The notes beneath the pieces were generated by a model. It worked only from the letters and a program-made list of their open reading frames with translations. It did not search any database and was not told where the DNA came from. This document shows positions 11,236 to 24,429 of a stretch of DNA of 64,000 nucleotides, piece by piece. This DNA comes from Squalus acanthias (Eukaryota). Position 1 is the first letter of the stretch; each line of letters begins with the position of its first letter. The stretch spans positions 73,162,001 through 73,226,000 of the forward strand of contig CM059432.1 of the NCBI GenBank assembly GCA_030390025.1. The letters are read 5' to 3'. The position numbers and the translations under genes are program-made.

Positions 11236-13283
11236 CAAAGCAAAATTTAGGTGGAATATCTACTTGTGTTAACTGTAAAAAATGGCTAAGTGGACCTTTA
11301 TTCATCTCTGTGGGTTAGTACTGTGCAGTCACCAGCATGAGGCTAGAAAATAAGTTGACATGCGTCAATAAAAACAATTACTAATTAGCAAAACATTGCA
11401 TAAATGTGACTTTTTCATGTCTAGCAGGCATATACAATAGCCTTGATACATCATGGAAGTCAGGTTTCTATTTCCCTCTGTTGCTGCTACACAAAAATCA
11501 TGATCTCTAATGCACTCTTTTAAATGAACACATTCAATTGATTGAGGTATTGCAGTGATATTGTCGAACTGCTGAAGTTTTGTAAAAATCATGTATAATT
11601 CTAGAGGGAAATCTATAATGGGATGTGTTTAGTGTCACCTTTCAGAAATAATTTGACTTTAGCTTTGTACATATTTTTTACATATGGTACGATAGTACTA
11701 TAGCCAGACAAAAGAAATCCAAGAATGTACTAAGAACTACTCTCTTCTAATTGAAGTGAACTTTAAATTAGCCTCAATATTCACCAGTATGCTAAGAGTG
11801 AGGAGGGGGTAAAAAAAATCATTAATATAGTATGCTTACTTATATTATCAGACACTATGGTAATTTCCTAACCAGTTCTTAGTTACATCCAAGTATCATT
11901 TTCATAATTTGCATTATGTGTTTCAAATATTTGGCTGCTGAGAAACCACGACACATTAGAACTTTGAACTCCCAATAAATACATGAAGCTAACTTTCAAA
12001 ACACAGCAGAGACGTATGACACTGCAAAATTTTGAAAAATACGTATTTTATTAAGTTTATTGAACAATCTGAGACACTATATAATACTCTATTATAATAG
12101 GCTCCAGGATTATTCTCTAATGCTTTCTTTCCCGATAATGCACTTTTTTGTTAATTTTTCATGATGTTCTCCTGTTTCTCTCATTTCTGCCCTTGGTCAT
12201 TTTTTTTATCATAAAACATCCTCCTGGAGTCTTTGGAACAACAAAATTTGAACTTTGGCCACCGTCAATGCCACTTCTTATCCGTTAAGAAGATGTAAAC
12301 CAAAAGGCGTACGTCAAAACATTGTTGTTTTTTTCCTCCCCTTGCAATGGAAGGCTTTGTTTTAATGTGGTACTTCTCCTAGCTGCCAATATAAAAACTA
12401 ATAAAACCAAACTCAGCCAACCAATGCAAACTGATTGTAGCTGAAGAGAGAGAGATATTTATAACAGGTTATTGGTAGATGTCCCTTGGACTGAAAATAG
12501 AAACATAACTGGACTGATATGAGCTTACAGTGAAACAAAGAGGCTGAATGTAACTAGAAAGAGGAATGGAGAAAAATTTCCTGGGGAAGATGGAAGACGA
12601 ATGCAAGTCTCCAAAACTATGATAGCTCAGAAGTGGAGGAAGGATAGAGGGGAAACTTAAGAGGCAGCACAAAAAAAATGCAACTGATAAAGATAATTGA
12701 GGCACAGCATATATATGTTTGGGTGATGAAATTCCAACTAAAACAAGCTTGCATTTTTTACTCTTCTAGGATGCAGTGTTCATGATATGTACAATAAGGA
12801 ATGTGAATGCTATATGATTCATTTCAAAATTTCATACTGTACAGGATAGAGAGTAATCTGTCTCAGGTTTAATGTACTTGTCAACCTTGGGGAAATGTAC
12901 TGGGAAGACTGAATCCAGAAAGATAATGTAAGACAGCTACATCTACATGGTGAGATAAAAGATAATAATTCAGTCAAACAGTTGTAAAGACATCATGAAC
13001 TGTAAATGCTAAGCTCAAGCAGTTTATGAACATTGACAAAACCAAGAGATACAATTATTTCTACAATTACAGCTACAATCCAGATGTTTGTATTCGGCAT
13101 TGTTCTTATGCTATTGATTATTTTAAATATTACAATTTATTATAATATCTATTGGAGATGCTTGTCTGGCAAAGGTAGGTGATGGAGATGGAAGGGTAAA
13201 AAAGGCGAGAATAATGTGAGGTTAAAGGAATGCAACTGGTAAATATACTAAACACTACAAAACACAATATAAACAACATATAA

Positions 13284-13661
13284 GGGCTGATTTTAACTCA
13301 GGGCGGGAATCGGGAGTGTGGGTGCCAATGCGGGCAGTAAACCGTTCAGCCCCCCAGAGCTTGAGGTCTGGGAGATTATAGGCTGGATTTTGTCTTGGGG
13401 TCGGGTTGGGGTCGTGTCATCCGCATTCCGTGTTCCCCCCTCCCCCGACTCCAGATTAATGTGGATGAATGATGCAATTTTCACTTAATTGGGCAATTGA
13501 GTTCCAGCATGTGGGAACCCATGTACCAATTAGTGGTTTCAGTCTGAAAGTCGCCTCTGATGATGTCATCATTGCTGCTGCATTGCAGGTCAGAGACTGA
13601 CTGGCTGGTCTCAGAGACTGCCTGGCTGTTGGTGTGAGAGGACCTGGATGCGTGAGAGTGA

Positions 13662-13732
<71 letters not shown>

Positions 13733-14490
13733 AGAGAGTGAGAGTGAGAGTGAGAAAAAAAACCTGCAGCTGATAGTCAGCTATCAACTTGTGCTCCCGC
13801 CAGGTTTCACTGGAGTGTTTCACATCAGGCGTACTTCACGTCGGAAAAGGGTTAAACTAGCTAAAACGTTTCAAAATGGCATTACAGAGCCAACTTAGGG
13901 CTTGTTAAGGGCTTTAATGGCCTCTCCCGCCTCTTAGAGGCGGGACGGAGTCGGGAACCCCGCGACTGATTTTGTCAAAAGTGCGTGGAGGCGGGATGGA
14001 GTCGGGTTGGGGTCGGTACCCCTGACCCCGCAACTTTAACCCCCCACACGCCTCCAAACCCGACTCCTTCAAAATCCAGCCCTTTAACTACCGAGCATCA
14101 TCTGCATGTCCCGAATCTGACTCCTGCCCAAACCAGTGGGAATAACATCACCAAAATTAGTGGCCTAGAAGGAACCTTTAAAATAAAAAATTAAAACAGC
14201 TCTCACTGGCCCTCCTGTGGCCTGGATCTTTGCTGGTGGGCAGGAGACCACGCGGGCCTTAGTTGGGCCTGCGGTTAAAATGGCAGCATGTTCTGCTAAT
14301 GTAATCGGGTTGTGATATTGCTATTTAAATTAGGGTCCCGCTCCTCTGGGGCAGACGGCCTTCCCGTGCCTGAATTCAGGCTAGTAAAAATGGTGGGAGG
14401 CGGGCACTCTTCATGAAGAAACCGCCCGCCATCTTACCTCCCTGTCATTACCGTTCCCACTTAGTTGGGGGGGGCGGTAAGTTTGGACCT
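13284..14490. mobile_element. Harbinger-type element with a nested MITE (13380-14082)
   Basis: Outer start GGGCTGATTTTAAC after TAA. Inner ends GGCTGGATTTTG and CAAAATCCAGCCC; inner element is homologous to 58622-59333. Outer right boundary is approximate. Confidence 0.7.
13652..13755 (+). repeat. (GTGAGA)n microsatellite inside the MITE
   Basis: About 17 tandem hexamers read directly. Confidence 0.95.
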
Positions 14491-14493
14491 ATT

Positions 14494-15325
14494 GGGCTGG
14501 ATTTTGTGAATGGAGGCGAGTTGGAGGCGGGACAGCTGCTTGTTGTGTCAATGTCCCGCCTCCATCTTCGCCTGACCAACCAGAGGGATTTTCCCCTGAT
14601 TGACCTTGTTAAGCCCGCCCTGAGGGCTCAGCAGGCCAATTAGGGAGGAAGTCACTGACAGCACGTCTGACGTTGATGTGCTCTGTCAAGACTTCTTCAA
14701 AGAAGAAATGTCAGCATTTGACAGCTCTGTGAAGCTGTCAAACACTGACATTCTCTTTAGTTTGATGAGTCCTTGTGTTCAGGACTCATCAAACCTTTCA
14801 GATTTGTAAATTTCACATGGCTGTTGGTACGGAGGTTCCAACAGCCAGTCTGTGAAATTGACAAGGAGGACGTCGGCTCTCCCGATCCACCGCGGCTGAA
14901 GGCTGTAGAAAGAAGTGAACACTTTTTAAAACTTATCACTCACCTTGCATACTTACCACTCCACACTTGCACCCATCACTCACCTCTACACCTTACTTCC
15001 AGATGCCTCCGACCGCCGCAAACCTCCTCCACGTCTCCTTCAACCCGGCGGGGTTCTCCAAGGTCGGGAAGCCTTCACCTGTGAAGGTAAAATGGCACTA
15101 ATCCTTTTTTCTGCCTGTTAACTACCTGTTAACAGGCAGTAAAAGGGATTAAATGCCTTTGCCGTCTCCAGGAGACGGGACCCGAAGCTGCACATCTTCC
15201 CGCCTCCTGGCAAAAGGGCACGGAGATGGGATGGGGGCGGCTATGCCAGCCGCCCCCACTTTCTCCGAGTTTACCGGCTGTCCCGCCTCCATGCCCGCCT
15301 CCTCGGGGCTTGGAAAATCCAGCCC
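14494..15325. mobile_element. Harbinger-type MITE
   Basis: TIR GGGCTGGATTTT and AAAATCCAGCCC; flanks ATT/ATA. Confidence 0.85.
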
Positions 15326-15882
15326 ATAGTCTTGCGAGTATCTTGCAAGTATTTTGTTTTAAGTAGAGAACAATTATAGTGAAAGGGCACAGCGAAATCT
15401 AAAACTGTACTTCTTATTTTTTCTGACAAAGTTAAATGCTATAGAAGGTCTCACAGGATTGAAACTTACTTTTTAACATGCACTGACATTTGTTACAACT
15501 GAAAAAAATAGCTGCTTATACATGTTAAAAATCAGTCAAATAAATGAAATGTCAAAAATATGTTTGCAATATCACACTTCATTAATTTTTAAAATAATGC
15601 TTATTCAAATAGTTGTTCCATTATAAAAAAATAACCTTTTGCAACCCTGAAGCTGGACAGAGAGAGAGTGAGCGAGAGAGAGGCTATGAAACAATGCAAG
15701 CTGACAGAAATGGGAAACTCATCATTACTTATATTCATATTTCTTGGAATTGTTAGCACACATTTAAAATACTTCAGAAACTAGTAATGATATGTTAGTT
15801 TTATAAATAATTGGTAACACAAATGTTTAATTACTTCAGATATGTTATTCCTGTTTTTCTTTTATGGATGTCTCCATACTAA

Positions 15883-16660
15883 GGGCTGGATTTTGCGGGG
15901 GCTCAGCGGGTGCGATTGGTGGCGGGTCGGGTAGGAAAGTGTTTTTTTCCCCCCCGTGGGTCAGGACCCCGCTGTGAACCCGCTGCCACACGCCTTTACC
16001 AAATGCCGGGTCTGTCAGCACTGAGCAGACCCGACACGCAGTGGCGGGGGAGGTAATTAAAATCATTAGTGGCTTGTTTACAACCACTTAACAATGGTTT
16101 TTTTTCCCAGCTTTTTGAATTTGACAGGTCGCCCACCGGTTTCCCGCTGTGCCTAGACCTCGTCTGTGAAGCTGAGGCGGGAGGTCAGTGGCCATTGAAT
16201 CAGCTGATGAATTGACAGCTTCAAATGTCAAGTCAAAGCTCCTAGCTGATTGAGAAATGTTCCCTTAACCACTAGCTTCTCTAAACTGCATTTCCACTAC
16301 AGATTCAGGATGCTGCAAGTCTTTACACAAGTCTCCATCCAGTCTGACCTCATTACCTCTCCCACCATTGATAGATCACTTCTGTCATCTATACTTCACC
16401 TGCCATCTATTCCATCAGCATGGGTGCCCTTGAAACTCTCTCACCTTGGTCCTCAGAATCCCACTACAATCAGCCCCAACACCAGCATTACCAGGCACAC
16501 CAGCAGCGCCAACAACAACACCAACCTTCTCCACAATCAGCTGATGCTGCACAGGACAGAGGGCATCAGCACCCGAGCACATTGCTGCCCGGGAGGCCAG
16601 GGATGGCCTCACCATGGCCAGATTTACTTCACTTGATGCTGTACACCCTGGCTGCCACAT
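15883..16660 (+). mobile_element. Left portion of a Harbinger deletion derivative (same family as 60524-62265)
   Basis: Starts GGGCTGGATTTTGCGGGGG; collinear with 60524-61281, including the shared PGRPGMASPWP segment. Confidence 0.85.
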
Positions 16661-16779
16661 AAAATAAAATCCATGGATAACATTTTAGGCTGTAGATTCA
16701 TAGTCCACCTGTATTTCAACTACATTTATATTATGATAATCACATTTTTCAAGTAATAAAAAGAGATAAAAAGAAAAAA

Positions 16780-16895
16780 GTGCAAAAGTTGGTAATCTGG
16801 AATAAAAACAAAACAATTTGGAAATGTGCAGCAGGTTGATTAGTATCAGAAAGAGAAAGATTCTTTGAAGTTTCAGGTGTGACTCGTCATCAGTA
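16780..16895 (-). mobile_element. Degenerate Penelope pLTR remnant with decayed hammerhead
   Basis: Minus strand reads CTGATGACGAGTCACACCTGAAACTTC (16867-16893), followed by sequence resembling the pLTR 3' end. Confidence 0.55.
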
Positions 16896-18026
16896 AAAAT
16901 TTACAGCAGCAGTACAAATTCACTTTACAAAACTATGTACCGTAACTGGATGGCATTATGTGAAATGCGAAACCAGTTAATTCTCATGAGTATGTTGACC
17001 ATGGATATAAAAAATCAATGTAATGATATTCTCTTTATACCTTGACAATTGACATCAGTAGGGTTGCAAAGAATGGTAGGGTTGCAAAGAATGGTAGCCT
17101 GATTAAGCAATTGCTTAATGTTGGGTTCAAAAGTCTTGCAACAATGTGTTTGTACATCAGATCATAGTTTCCTGCTAGTGGCTGTTGTTGAGAAATTCAG
17201 AGGAAGTGGAGGCGACTTGGCTAAAGAGGCAGGAACTTTCTCAGTGGCGGGTGCTGAGAATGCAAGGGACAGGTGAGAAAATGTGAGAGAAGAGAATATG
17301 GCAAGAGAGAGCATGGAATATAAGACAGGCAGGACCATCCTTGAAAACTCTGCAACCAAGCAATGCTATACAGGGCAACATCTTGGAAGGACTAGAGCCT
17401 AATCGATTGACTCTCTCTCAGCAATTTAAGAATATTTCTGATTTTGTGAGTTTGTTCTCCCGCTGATTGCTGGTTACCTGAATCCTGTTACTAGTACCAG
17501 TGGAGTAGCTGGTGTGTATGTTGAAGCATTCCATCAGCTTCCCGCAGAAACCTTCAACTTTGCAAAATCAGGGTGCCAAGATGACCATGATAAAAAGTCA
17601 GTCGATCCCGTGTCCATCCCAGGATTTGGGGTTCCTGAGAGAAGGACCACCTCAATCCCAAGAGGCTCATAATACTTTGATGCAGCCACCTACATCTCAA
17701 GCCCCAGGCCCTCAGGTGGCATATAGAAACAGAGTTAGAATTGAGGTGAGGGAATCATAAATAGCGTGCACAGTGAAAAAAATTAATGTTTTTGTAAATA
17801 TTAGTAATAAATCACTGGAATGTTTGATATAAAGATTGTTTGCTATTTAGTTCTCTTGTACAACAATGGGGAATGGTAATGTGCTGATACTGATGCTCAG
17901 GATTATGTTGTGATGACTAGCTGTGAGGAGCAAGAGACTATACTTAGACTATAGAGAGGTTGGTGGGAGGAGGCAGATCTTTGATGAACCTTCCAAAAAA
18001 CATTGCTCTATACATCTGTGTAGATG

Positions 18027-18938
18027 TCATGAATGAGTCTGACTCACTGCTGCATCTGCTTCCTGTTCTTCATGGACCTGGTCTTTAGCATCAACAGTAT
18101 CATCATCAGGGATATCTACCATCAGTCCTTTCGTGATTGCAAAGTTATGAAGCATATAACATGCTACCATAATCAGTGAGACAGTGCTGGATACATACTG
18201 CAAGGTATCATCAGACTTATCCAGACACCAGAATCTTCCTTTGAGCATTCCAATGGCTTGCTTAGTTCTTATCCTTACCTTCATATGTGCGTCATTGTTG
18301 AACTTCTTTGCAGCAATGATGGTCCTATGAAGTGGCATGATGAGGCATAGGAGTAGCGGGTATCATTTGTCATCCAGCACCCATCCTGCCCCTTGCCCCA
18401 CTGTTGAAATTGAGCTCACATACTGGACAGCTTCCAGATTATTGTGAATTTACATATCGTAAGCTGTGCCTATTGTTGGAAATGAGCTGCACATTTAGTG
18501 AATGGAAGCTTTTGTGGTTTATATAAATATGGGGGTTCACATTTTGGGCTCGCAATGCCACATGGCTACAATTAATAGCCCCCACGGCCTTGGGGAATCA
18601 GGAAATTCTGAAAAATGTTATGGTTCTCTCAGTCATCTGTGTGGGAGCACTGTTGAATTGTATAAACTGAGCTGCCCTGGAAAGAGGGCATTGGTGACTT
18701 GCTTATAGAGAAATGCATGGCAAATTAGCTGATCCGGCAAAAGTTCTCTATAGCTCCCTGTGGTGTAAAAGTTGAGAGTTGTGATCAATATTCCTGTGAC
18801 AGTGAGAGCCTTCTGTGCTGTGGGGTTTTGTTGCAAATCTGGCTGCAGCAATGAACTGAGCTCGTCCAAAGCTTCATGACTGAGGACAGAACTCCTGTGA
18901 AAGGTCTGGAAAAGTGTGCCTAGGTTACATAAGAACAT
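18027..18938 (-). pseudogene. Harbinger/HARBI1-like DDE transposase, frameshifted
   Basis: FNNDAHMKVRIRTKQAIGMLKGRFWCLD and IMVACYMLHNFAI match the HARBI1-family C-terminus; ITTLNFYTTGSY matches the N-terminal HTH region. Confidence 0.85.
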
Positions 18939-19258
18939 AAGAAATAGGAGCAGGAATAGGCCATACGGCCCCTTGAGCCTGCTCTGCCATTCAATAAGAT
19001 CATGGCTGATCTTCTACCTCAACTCCACTTTCTCACCCTATCCCCATATTCCTTAGTGTCCAAAAATCTATCTACCTCAATCTTGAATATGCTCAATGAC
19101 TGATCATCCACAGCCCTCTGGTGTAGAGAATTCCAAAAATTCACTACCCTCTGAGTGAAGAAATTTCTCCTCATCTCAGTCTTAAATGGCCAACCCCTTA
19201 TCCTAAGACGATGACCCCTAGTTCTAGACTCTCCAGTCAGGGGAAATAGCCTTTCAGC
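18927..19258 (-). mobile_element. CR1 3' terminal fragment inserted in the Harbinger transposase
   Basis: Closely matches 1079-1410, including the (TTCTTATG)n tail. Confidence 0.9.
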
Positions 19259-19839
19259 CCATTGTGCAGCCTTTAGATACTAGCTCTCTTTAAATACAAT
19301 GCTCTCCAAGAATAATGTAGAATGTAGATGAAGCTTCCTGTATACAACAATGGCATTTTTTCCCAATACCTGCAATCAGTCCTAAGATATAGCCAAAAGT
19401 CTCCAGAAGCAATCTCACTTTAGCAGTTTCCCTTTAACAAGTACTTCTGTCTTGATAAGCAGGTCCTAAAAAACGGTCTTTTAAATAGTGGCACACAGGT
19501 ATTATAGGAAGTCAGAATTCACAGTGATGCCATCTTGTCCTAACTGATTTACACGTGGCTGCCACTGTGAGGACGGGGCACTTCTTCAGCGCATCCTGAA
19601 ACTTAATGGGCTGCTTCTGGGGTGGAAACCCTGTGGCCGACCCAACCTAAATTCCTGCCCCATAAAGGTGCATCTGCGGACTTACGGCCTCCCCGATTGA
19701 AGCATTTTGGGACCATGGTATATAGTAATCTTTTAGTCATCTTTATGTTAATTATGTAAATATTGACTGGACAACTGAATAGGGAACTGAAGAAAAGATT
19801 AGTGAAGAGTTTGATAGAGTGTGGTGCTGCAACATGGAT

Positions 19840-20108
19840 TTTTTTAAATTCATTTATGGGATGTGGGCGTCGCTGACAAGGCCAGCATTTATTGCCCATC
19901 CCTAATTGCCCTTGAGAAGGTGGTGGTGAGCCGCCTTCTTGAACTTCTGCCGTCCACGTGATGGTACTCCCACAGTGCTGTTAGGTAGGGAGTTCCAGGA
20001 TTTTGACCCAGCGACGATGAAGGACGGCGATATACTTCTAAGTCAGGATGGTGTGTGACTTGGAGCGGAACTTGGAGGTGGTGGTGTTCCCATGCGCCTG
20101 CTGCCCTT
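19840..20108 (-). mobile_element. 3' fragment of the tRNA-headed CR1/Zenon-like LINE
   Basis: Matches 51821-52090 (GGGCAATAAATGCTGGCC...GACGCCCACATCC tail). Confidence 0.9.
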
Positions 20109-20109
20109 G

Positions 20110-20460
20110 GATGCTGAGGAAAGAGCAGGCCAGGCTTCTAGAGAGCTTTGAGATTTGGGTTTGGAGACATATGGAAAAAGTAAAGTAGATGGACAAGTGT
20201 TGACAATGATACAAGAAAAATGTAGTTTGTTTGATGTCATCAGAAAAAAGGCAAATTAACTGGATTGTGCATATGCTGTGAGGGGACGTTGAAAGAAGTG
20301 ACAGAAGGATGGATAGAAGGAAAAAACAAGAAGGAGGAAAAAAAGGATGCTTCTAGACCACCTGAAGAACGTGAGATCATATGAGCAATTGAAGAAAGTA
20401 GCACAAGACAGTATGAGTTGGAGAAGGGAGAAATCTTTCATAGGACATGCACTTCCTATC
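20110..20460 (+). mobile_element. RTE-clade LINE C-terminal fragment, degenerate
   Basis: Translates with frameshifts as DVIRKRQINWI.HM..., EGWIEGK, YEQLKKVAQDSMSWR, typical of the RTE C-terminus. Confidence 0.65.
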
Positions 20461-21241
20461 CACAAATTTTATTTCCTGTTGTCATGAATATGGGTCACAC
20501 TTTAATATCAACATTTATCCTTGTAATTTGCTATGTCGATGTTTCCAATTCAAAGTAACACTTGGAGAATTGATTCAGCTCCCTTACAGATATGCTATCC
20601 TGTCTGCCCAATTTTCCTTTATGCACTGCGCCCAGGCAATCCAATACGCCAAGGCGCAATAACAGGAATATCTACCCCATATTCTTTAATAAATGTTTTC
20701 CTCTCATCTTCTTTCTCTTTCACATTTTTTTCCTTCTGATGTCTTTACTCTCTTTTTTTCACAATCGATCTTTCAACTTATCCTGATCTCATGCATTTTA
20801 ATCCCCATGGGATCTTGGTTTTTCCCTCTGTACAACTGGTAGTCAAGTAAAAGACCCAGTAGTCTTGTAAATTCAAGCCTGCTGGATTTTATTTACACAG
20901 GAGCGATCCAAACACATGCACACACTGAGAAATGAGGGGACTGTGGCAACAAAACTCAGAATATTTATGGTGCTCAGTGTATCAGCTTTTCTCTCATTTC
21001 TTCATCTAGTTTTGAGTTGTTAAATAAGATGGACAGAAGAATATACAGAATATTGTCCTGATTGACAGTGTGAATAACACAACTAATTTAAAATAAGACT
21101 GGGTTTATATTGAGGAAAGTCATATATCATGAATTCCATCACATACAGGGATTACGTTTAGGGTAACAATAGTTAATTAGAATACAGTTAAAAAAATATG
21201 CAGGATACCGACATAACATTCTCCATAATTGTAGGAATCTG

Positions 21242-21970
21242 GGGGTAGAATTTTCACTTGGGGCGCAAACTTTGAATCCAGTGCAAATTGTGCCCGTTTT
21301 GAAAAGTGTTTTCTTCCCCCCCTCCCCCCGCCCGAGTTGCCACTCAAGCTCATTTGCATATTGCAGAATGCAAAATCGGCCATGAACCAGCGCAATCGGG
21401 CAGCGTTTTAAAATTTTGCTTTAAAAAGTATTCCTTGATATATTTAAGAGTGGTAACTTGGTAAAGATTGATTAATACAGCTGAAAATAGGTTTATCATA
21501 AAAAATAAGCATTTTAAATCAGTGTCAATCCACCACCTGTGAGTAACCTGATTTTAAATTACTTTAAAAAAATATACAAACTATTTTCGAGTTAGATTGG
21601 GGTACAGCATTCAGCTCCTTAATAAATTAATAATCAAATTGCATTCAAAACCTTTCAAAACGTAACTATTAGTGACTTTGCACCCAAAAGATCCAACTTA
21701 ATGTTTGGAGCCTCCTCGAAGGCCTGCAAATGAGCACAATTAGTGGAAACTCCCAATGGTGATTAATTCACCCTGGGGGTGTGGCCAGTTTTGTGGTCGG
21801 GGCCTGCTTCTAGTGCGATGTTTTTAAAACTAGCGCAAAAGATCGCGGAAACTCGATTTGCACTGAACGTAATTTGCGCTTAAAATTCCGCGATATTTTG
21901 TGCTGGTTACGCTGATATCGGGCGAATTACGCCAAAAAAAACCAGCTCAATTCAGCAGAAACTGCAGGCC
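21242..21970. mobile_element. Harbinger-like MITE
   Basis: Starts GGGGTAGAATTTTC, ends GAAACTGCAGGCC; CTG on both flanks; CpG-rich ends with an AT-rich centre. Confidence 0.55.
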
Positions 21971-22234
21971 CTGGTATTTTAATACTGGTGGGCATAGATT
22001 GGGGAAGCAGTCCACTTTTGAACTGGAGCTTTAACTTTAGGTTGCTTATATGTAATTAACTCACTCACCTAGTGATTTTCAAAATACTACAGATTTCCAA
22101 ATTTTTTTAAAATTAATCTCCGTTTATTTTTTTCAGTAATTTCTAGCCATATTCTAGTTGTGTGTCAGCTGTGGCTCAATTGGTAACACGCTCACCTCTG
22201 AGTCAGAAGCTTCTAGGTTCAAGTCCCACTCCTG

Positions 22235-23656
22235 GGCTGTGATTTTCTTCCTGGAGGCGGGTTTGCATCGGGAACAGTAGTGGGCGGGTTCCCGTCCCGC
22301 TGCTGGCTCCTGCTGGCCTGCTGACACAATTTTTCGTTGCTTGGCCCAGTTAAGCCCGTCATGTGGGTTACCCGCCCTCATCACAAGGTGCGGGTCAGCT
22401 GATATGCTGACGTGTTTGCAGCCGGTGCATTTAAGGGGGCCATTTCCCCATTAGATCTCAGATGGTTTCTGGTGCTTCTGACCGCTGCTTCTCACTACGA
22501 TGTCTGCAGAGAAACAAAAGGCAGCTCCCCGCTTCAACGAGGACTCCCTCCATGTTCTTGTGGAGGGAGTCAGAGGATGTCGGGAGGTCCTTTACCCATC
22601 TGATGGAAGAATGAAACTTCCTCAGCAGACAAAGGCAGCCTGGCTGTGAATAGCTGAGGAGGTCAGTGACAAGTCTGTGTACAGACGCACCTGGGTCCAG
22701 TGCAGGAAAAGGTTCAATGATCTCCTGCATTCTGGAAGAGTGAGTAGAAAGGCTCACTTACCTTAATTCTGCTGTGCCTGTCATCACATCTCCATCACTC
22801 TGCATTGCTAACCCTACTCCTGCACATCCTGACTCAACCTAACATTCCCTGCACCATCCCCCATCTGTCTCTCCCTGTGCACAGATTCACTTCCCCATCT
22901 TACTATGCACCCCTCACACCCACCCTCAAGGATATGCACTGACAACAACTAACAACTCAAAAGGAGGGAACTTCGTAATGGAAACCCACTCCTTCACAGT
23001 CTCCCTCTAAACATCTATCCTATCCATTCTGTACACTCATTCCATCACTCTCATTGAAATTCCACATCTTTCCCTCATTGCAGGAAGAGAGCCCACAATA
23101 AGAGGGAGAGGGAGAACAGGAGGAGGACCACCATCTTTATCACAGCTGACCAATGCTGAGGAGGCCGCTCTGGAAATTGTGGGATCAGTGGAACAGCTCG
23201 AAGTGGGGGATAGAGAGACAAGCTCAGTTGAACAACCTGGTGACAGAATGCTTCTCCACCCATCTTATTTGGCTTTCATGAGTGACACATATGGCATCTG
23301 ATGTCAATAGAAATTTAATGCTCATCATGTTGCAGCTGTGAAGTTTCCAGCTCATTGGTCTTCCTGACACATTTACCTGGCGTGATCTCTGAACGTCCTG
23401 AAACCCGAATCAAATGTTGGAAAATTGCAAAAGGCTCTCAAAATAGCAGTTAACAAGCACTTAACAAGGAGTTAAGTGCCTTAAATCCCTTATTGCTGCT
23501 TGGTGTCGGGTCTGTTGTGAAATCACAGACCCTACACTCTTGAAACTCAGACGGAGGCAGGTTCGCGGCGGGTTTCTGACCCGCCGTCAATCAGTGCGAG
23601 TTTAACACCTGACCCGCCTCCGAACCCGCCCTCTGAGCGCCGGCAAAATCGTGGCC
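22235..23656 (+). mobile_element. Harbinger deletion derivative carrying the Myb-gene 5' part
   Basis: Ends GGCTGTGATTTT and AAAATCGTGGCC; flanks CTG/CAG; removing it restores the SINE. Confidence 0.88.
22500..23240 (+). pseudogene. Spliced Harbinger Myb/SANT (NAIF1-like) gene remnant; exon 1 22500-22739, exon 2 from 23084
   Basis: Exon 1 MSAEKQKAAPRFNEDSLHVLVEGV...AAWL*IAEEV...RRTWVQCRKRFNDL; donor GTGAGT at 22740; acceptor TTGCAG ending 23083. Exon 2 reads KRAHNKRER...TGGGPP with frameshifts. Confidence 0.85.
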
Positions 23657-24429
23657 CAGAGACTTGAGCACGAAAATCTAGGTTGACACTCCAGTGCAGC
23701 ACTGAGGGAGTGCTGCACTGTCAGAGGTGCCATCTTTCAGATGAGAAATTAAACCTGGTGTCTACTCTCTCAGGTGGATGTAAAAGATCCCATGGCACTA
23801 TTTCAAAGAGTAGGGGAGTTATCCCTGGTGTCCTGGCCAATATTTATCCCTCAATCAACATAACAAAAACAGGTCATTATCACATTGTTGTTTGTGGGAG
23901 CTTGCTGTGCGCAATTGGCTGCCGCGTTTCCTACATTACATCAGTGACTACACTTAAAAAGTACTTCATTGGCTGTAAAGCGCTTTGGGGCGTCCTGAGG
24001 TCATGAAAGGCGCTATATAAATGCAAGTCTTTCTTTCTTTATATTGAAAACTAAAGCTGAAATCTGATCTTCAGTACCACAGTGCATTAGTTTTATCAAT
24101 GTGTTTTAGAGTAGATTGAACTGCTCACAAAGGTGGCATCGGCAACAACTGTGTCAATTTTTATTTCCATACTTCATATGTTGCATGAACACGCAAGGCT
24201 ACATAGCTCCCTTCCCCATTGATCTACCAGGGATCAGATGACAACATATACTACAACAGGTCATCTATACTGCATAGTCTACTATGAATTAAAACCCACC
24301 CTCGTCACATCCCACACACAAACATATACAATGGAAGGCTCCTTCCAGATAAAACTTATTTTAATTAATGAACGTTTAACTTTGTTATTTTAGCTATTGA
24401 AACAGATAAGTTTGTGACATCTAACCAAA

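Larger units (their letters stand above)
17163..19661 (-). mobile_element. Decayed autonomous-type Harbinger transposon (left boundary uncertain)
   Basis: Transposase remnants at 18027-18938; terminal AAATTCCTGCCCC at ~19649-19661; interrupted by a CR1 tail. Confidence 0.7.
22160..24040 (+). mobile_element. Full-length Deu-domain SINE split by a Harbinger insertion (SINE parts 22160-22234 and 23657-24040)
   Basis: Head TGGCTCAATTGG...GGTTCAAGTCC; Deu core GGTGGATGTAAAAGATCCCATGGCACTATTTC; tail GCGCTATATAAATGCAAGT(CTTT)n. Confidence 0.9.

Noticed and set aside
17058..17097. 18-bp tandem duplication TAGGGTTGCAAAGAATGG
   Set aside because: Only two units with no spacer; a simple local duplication, not CRISPR-like.
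18027..18938. Domesticated HARBI1 gene
   Set aside because: Frameshifted, degenerate and interrupted by a CR1; it is a transposon fossil.
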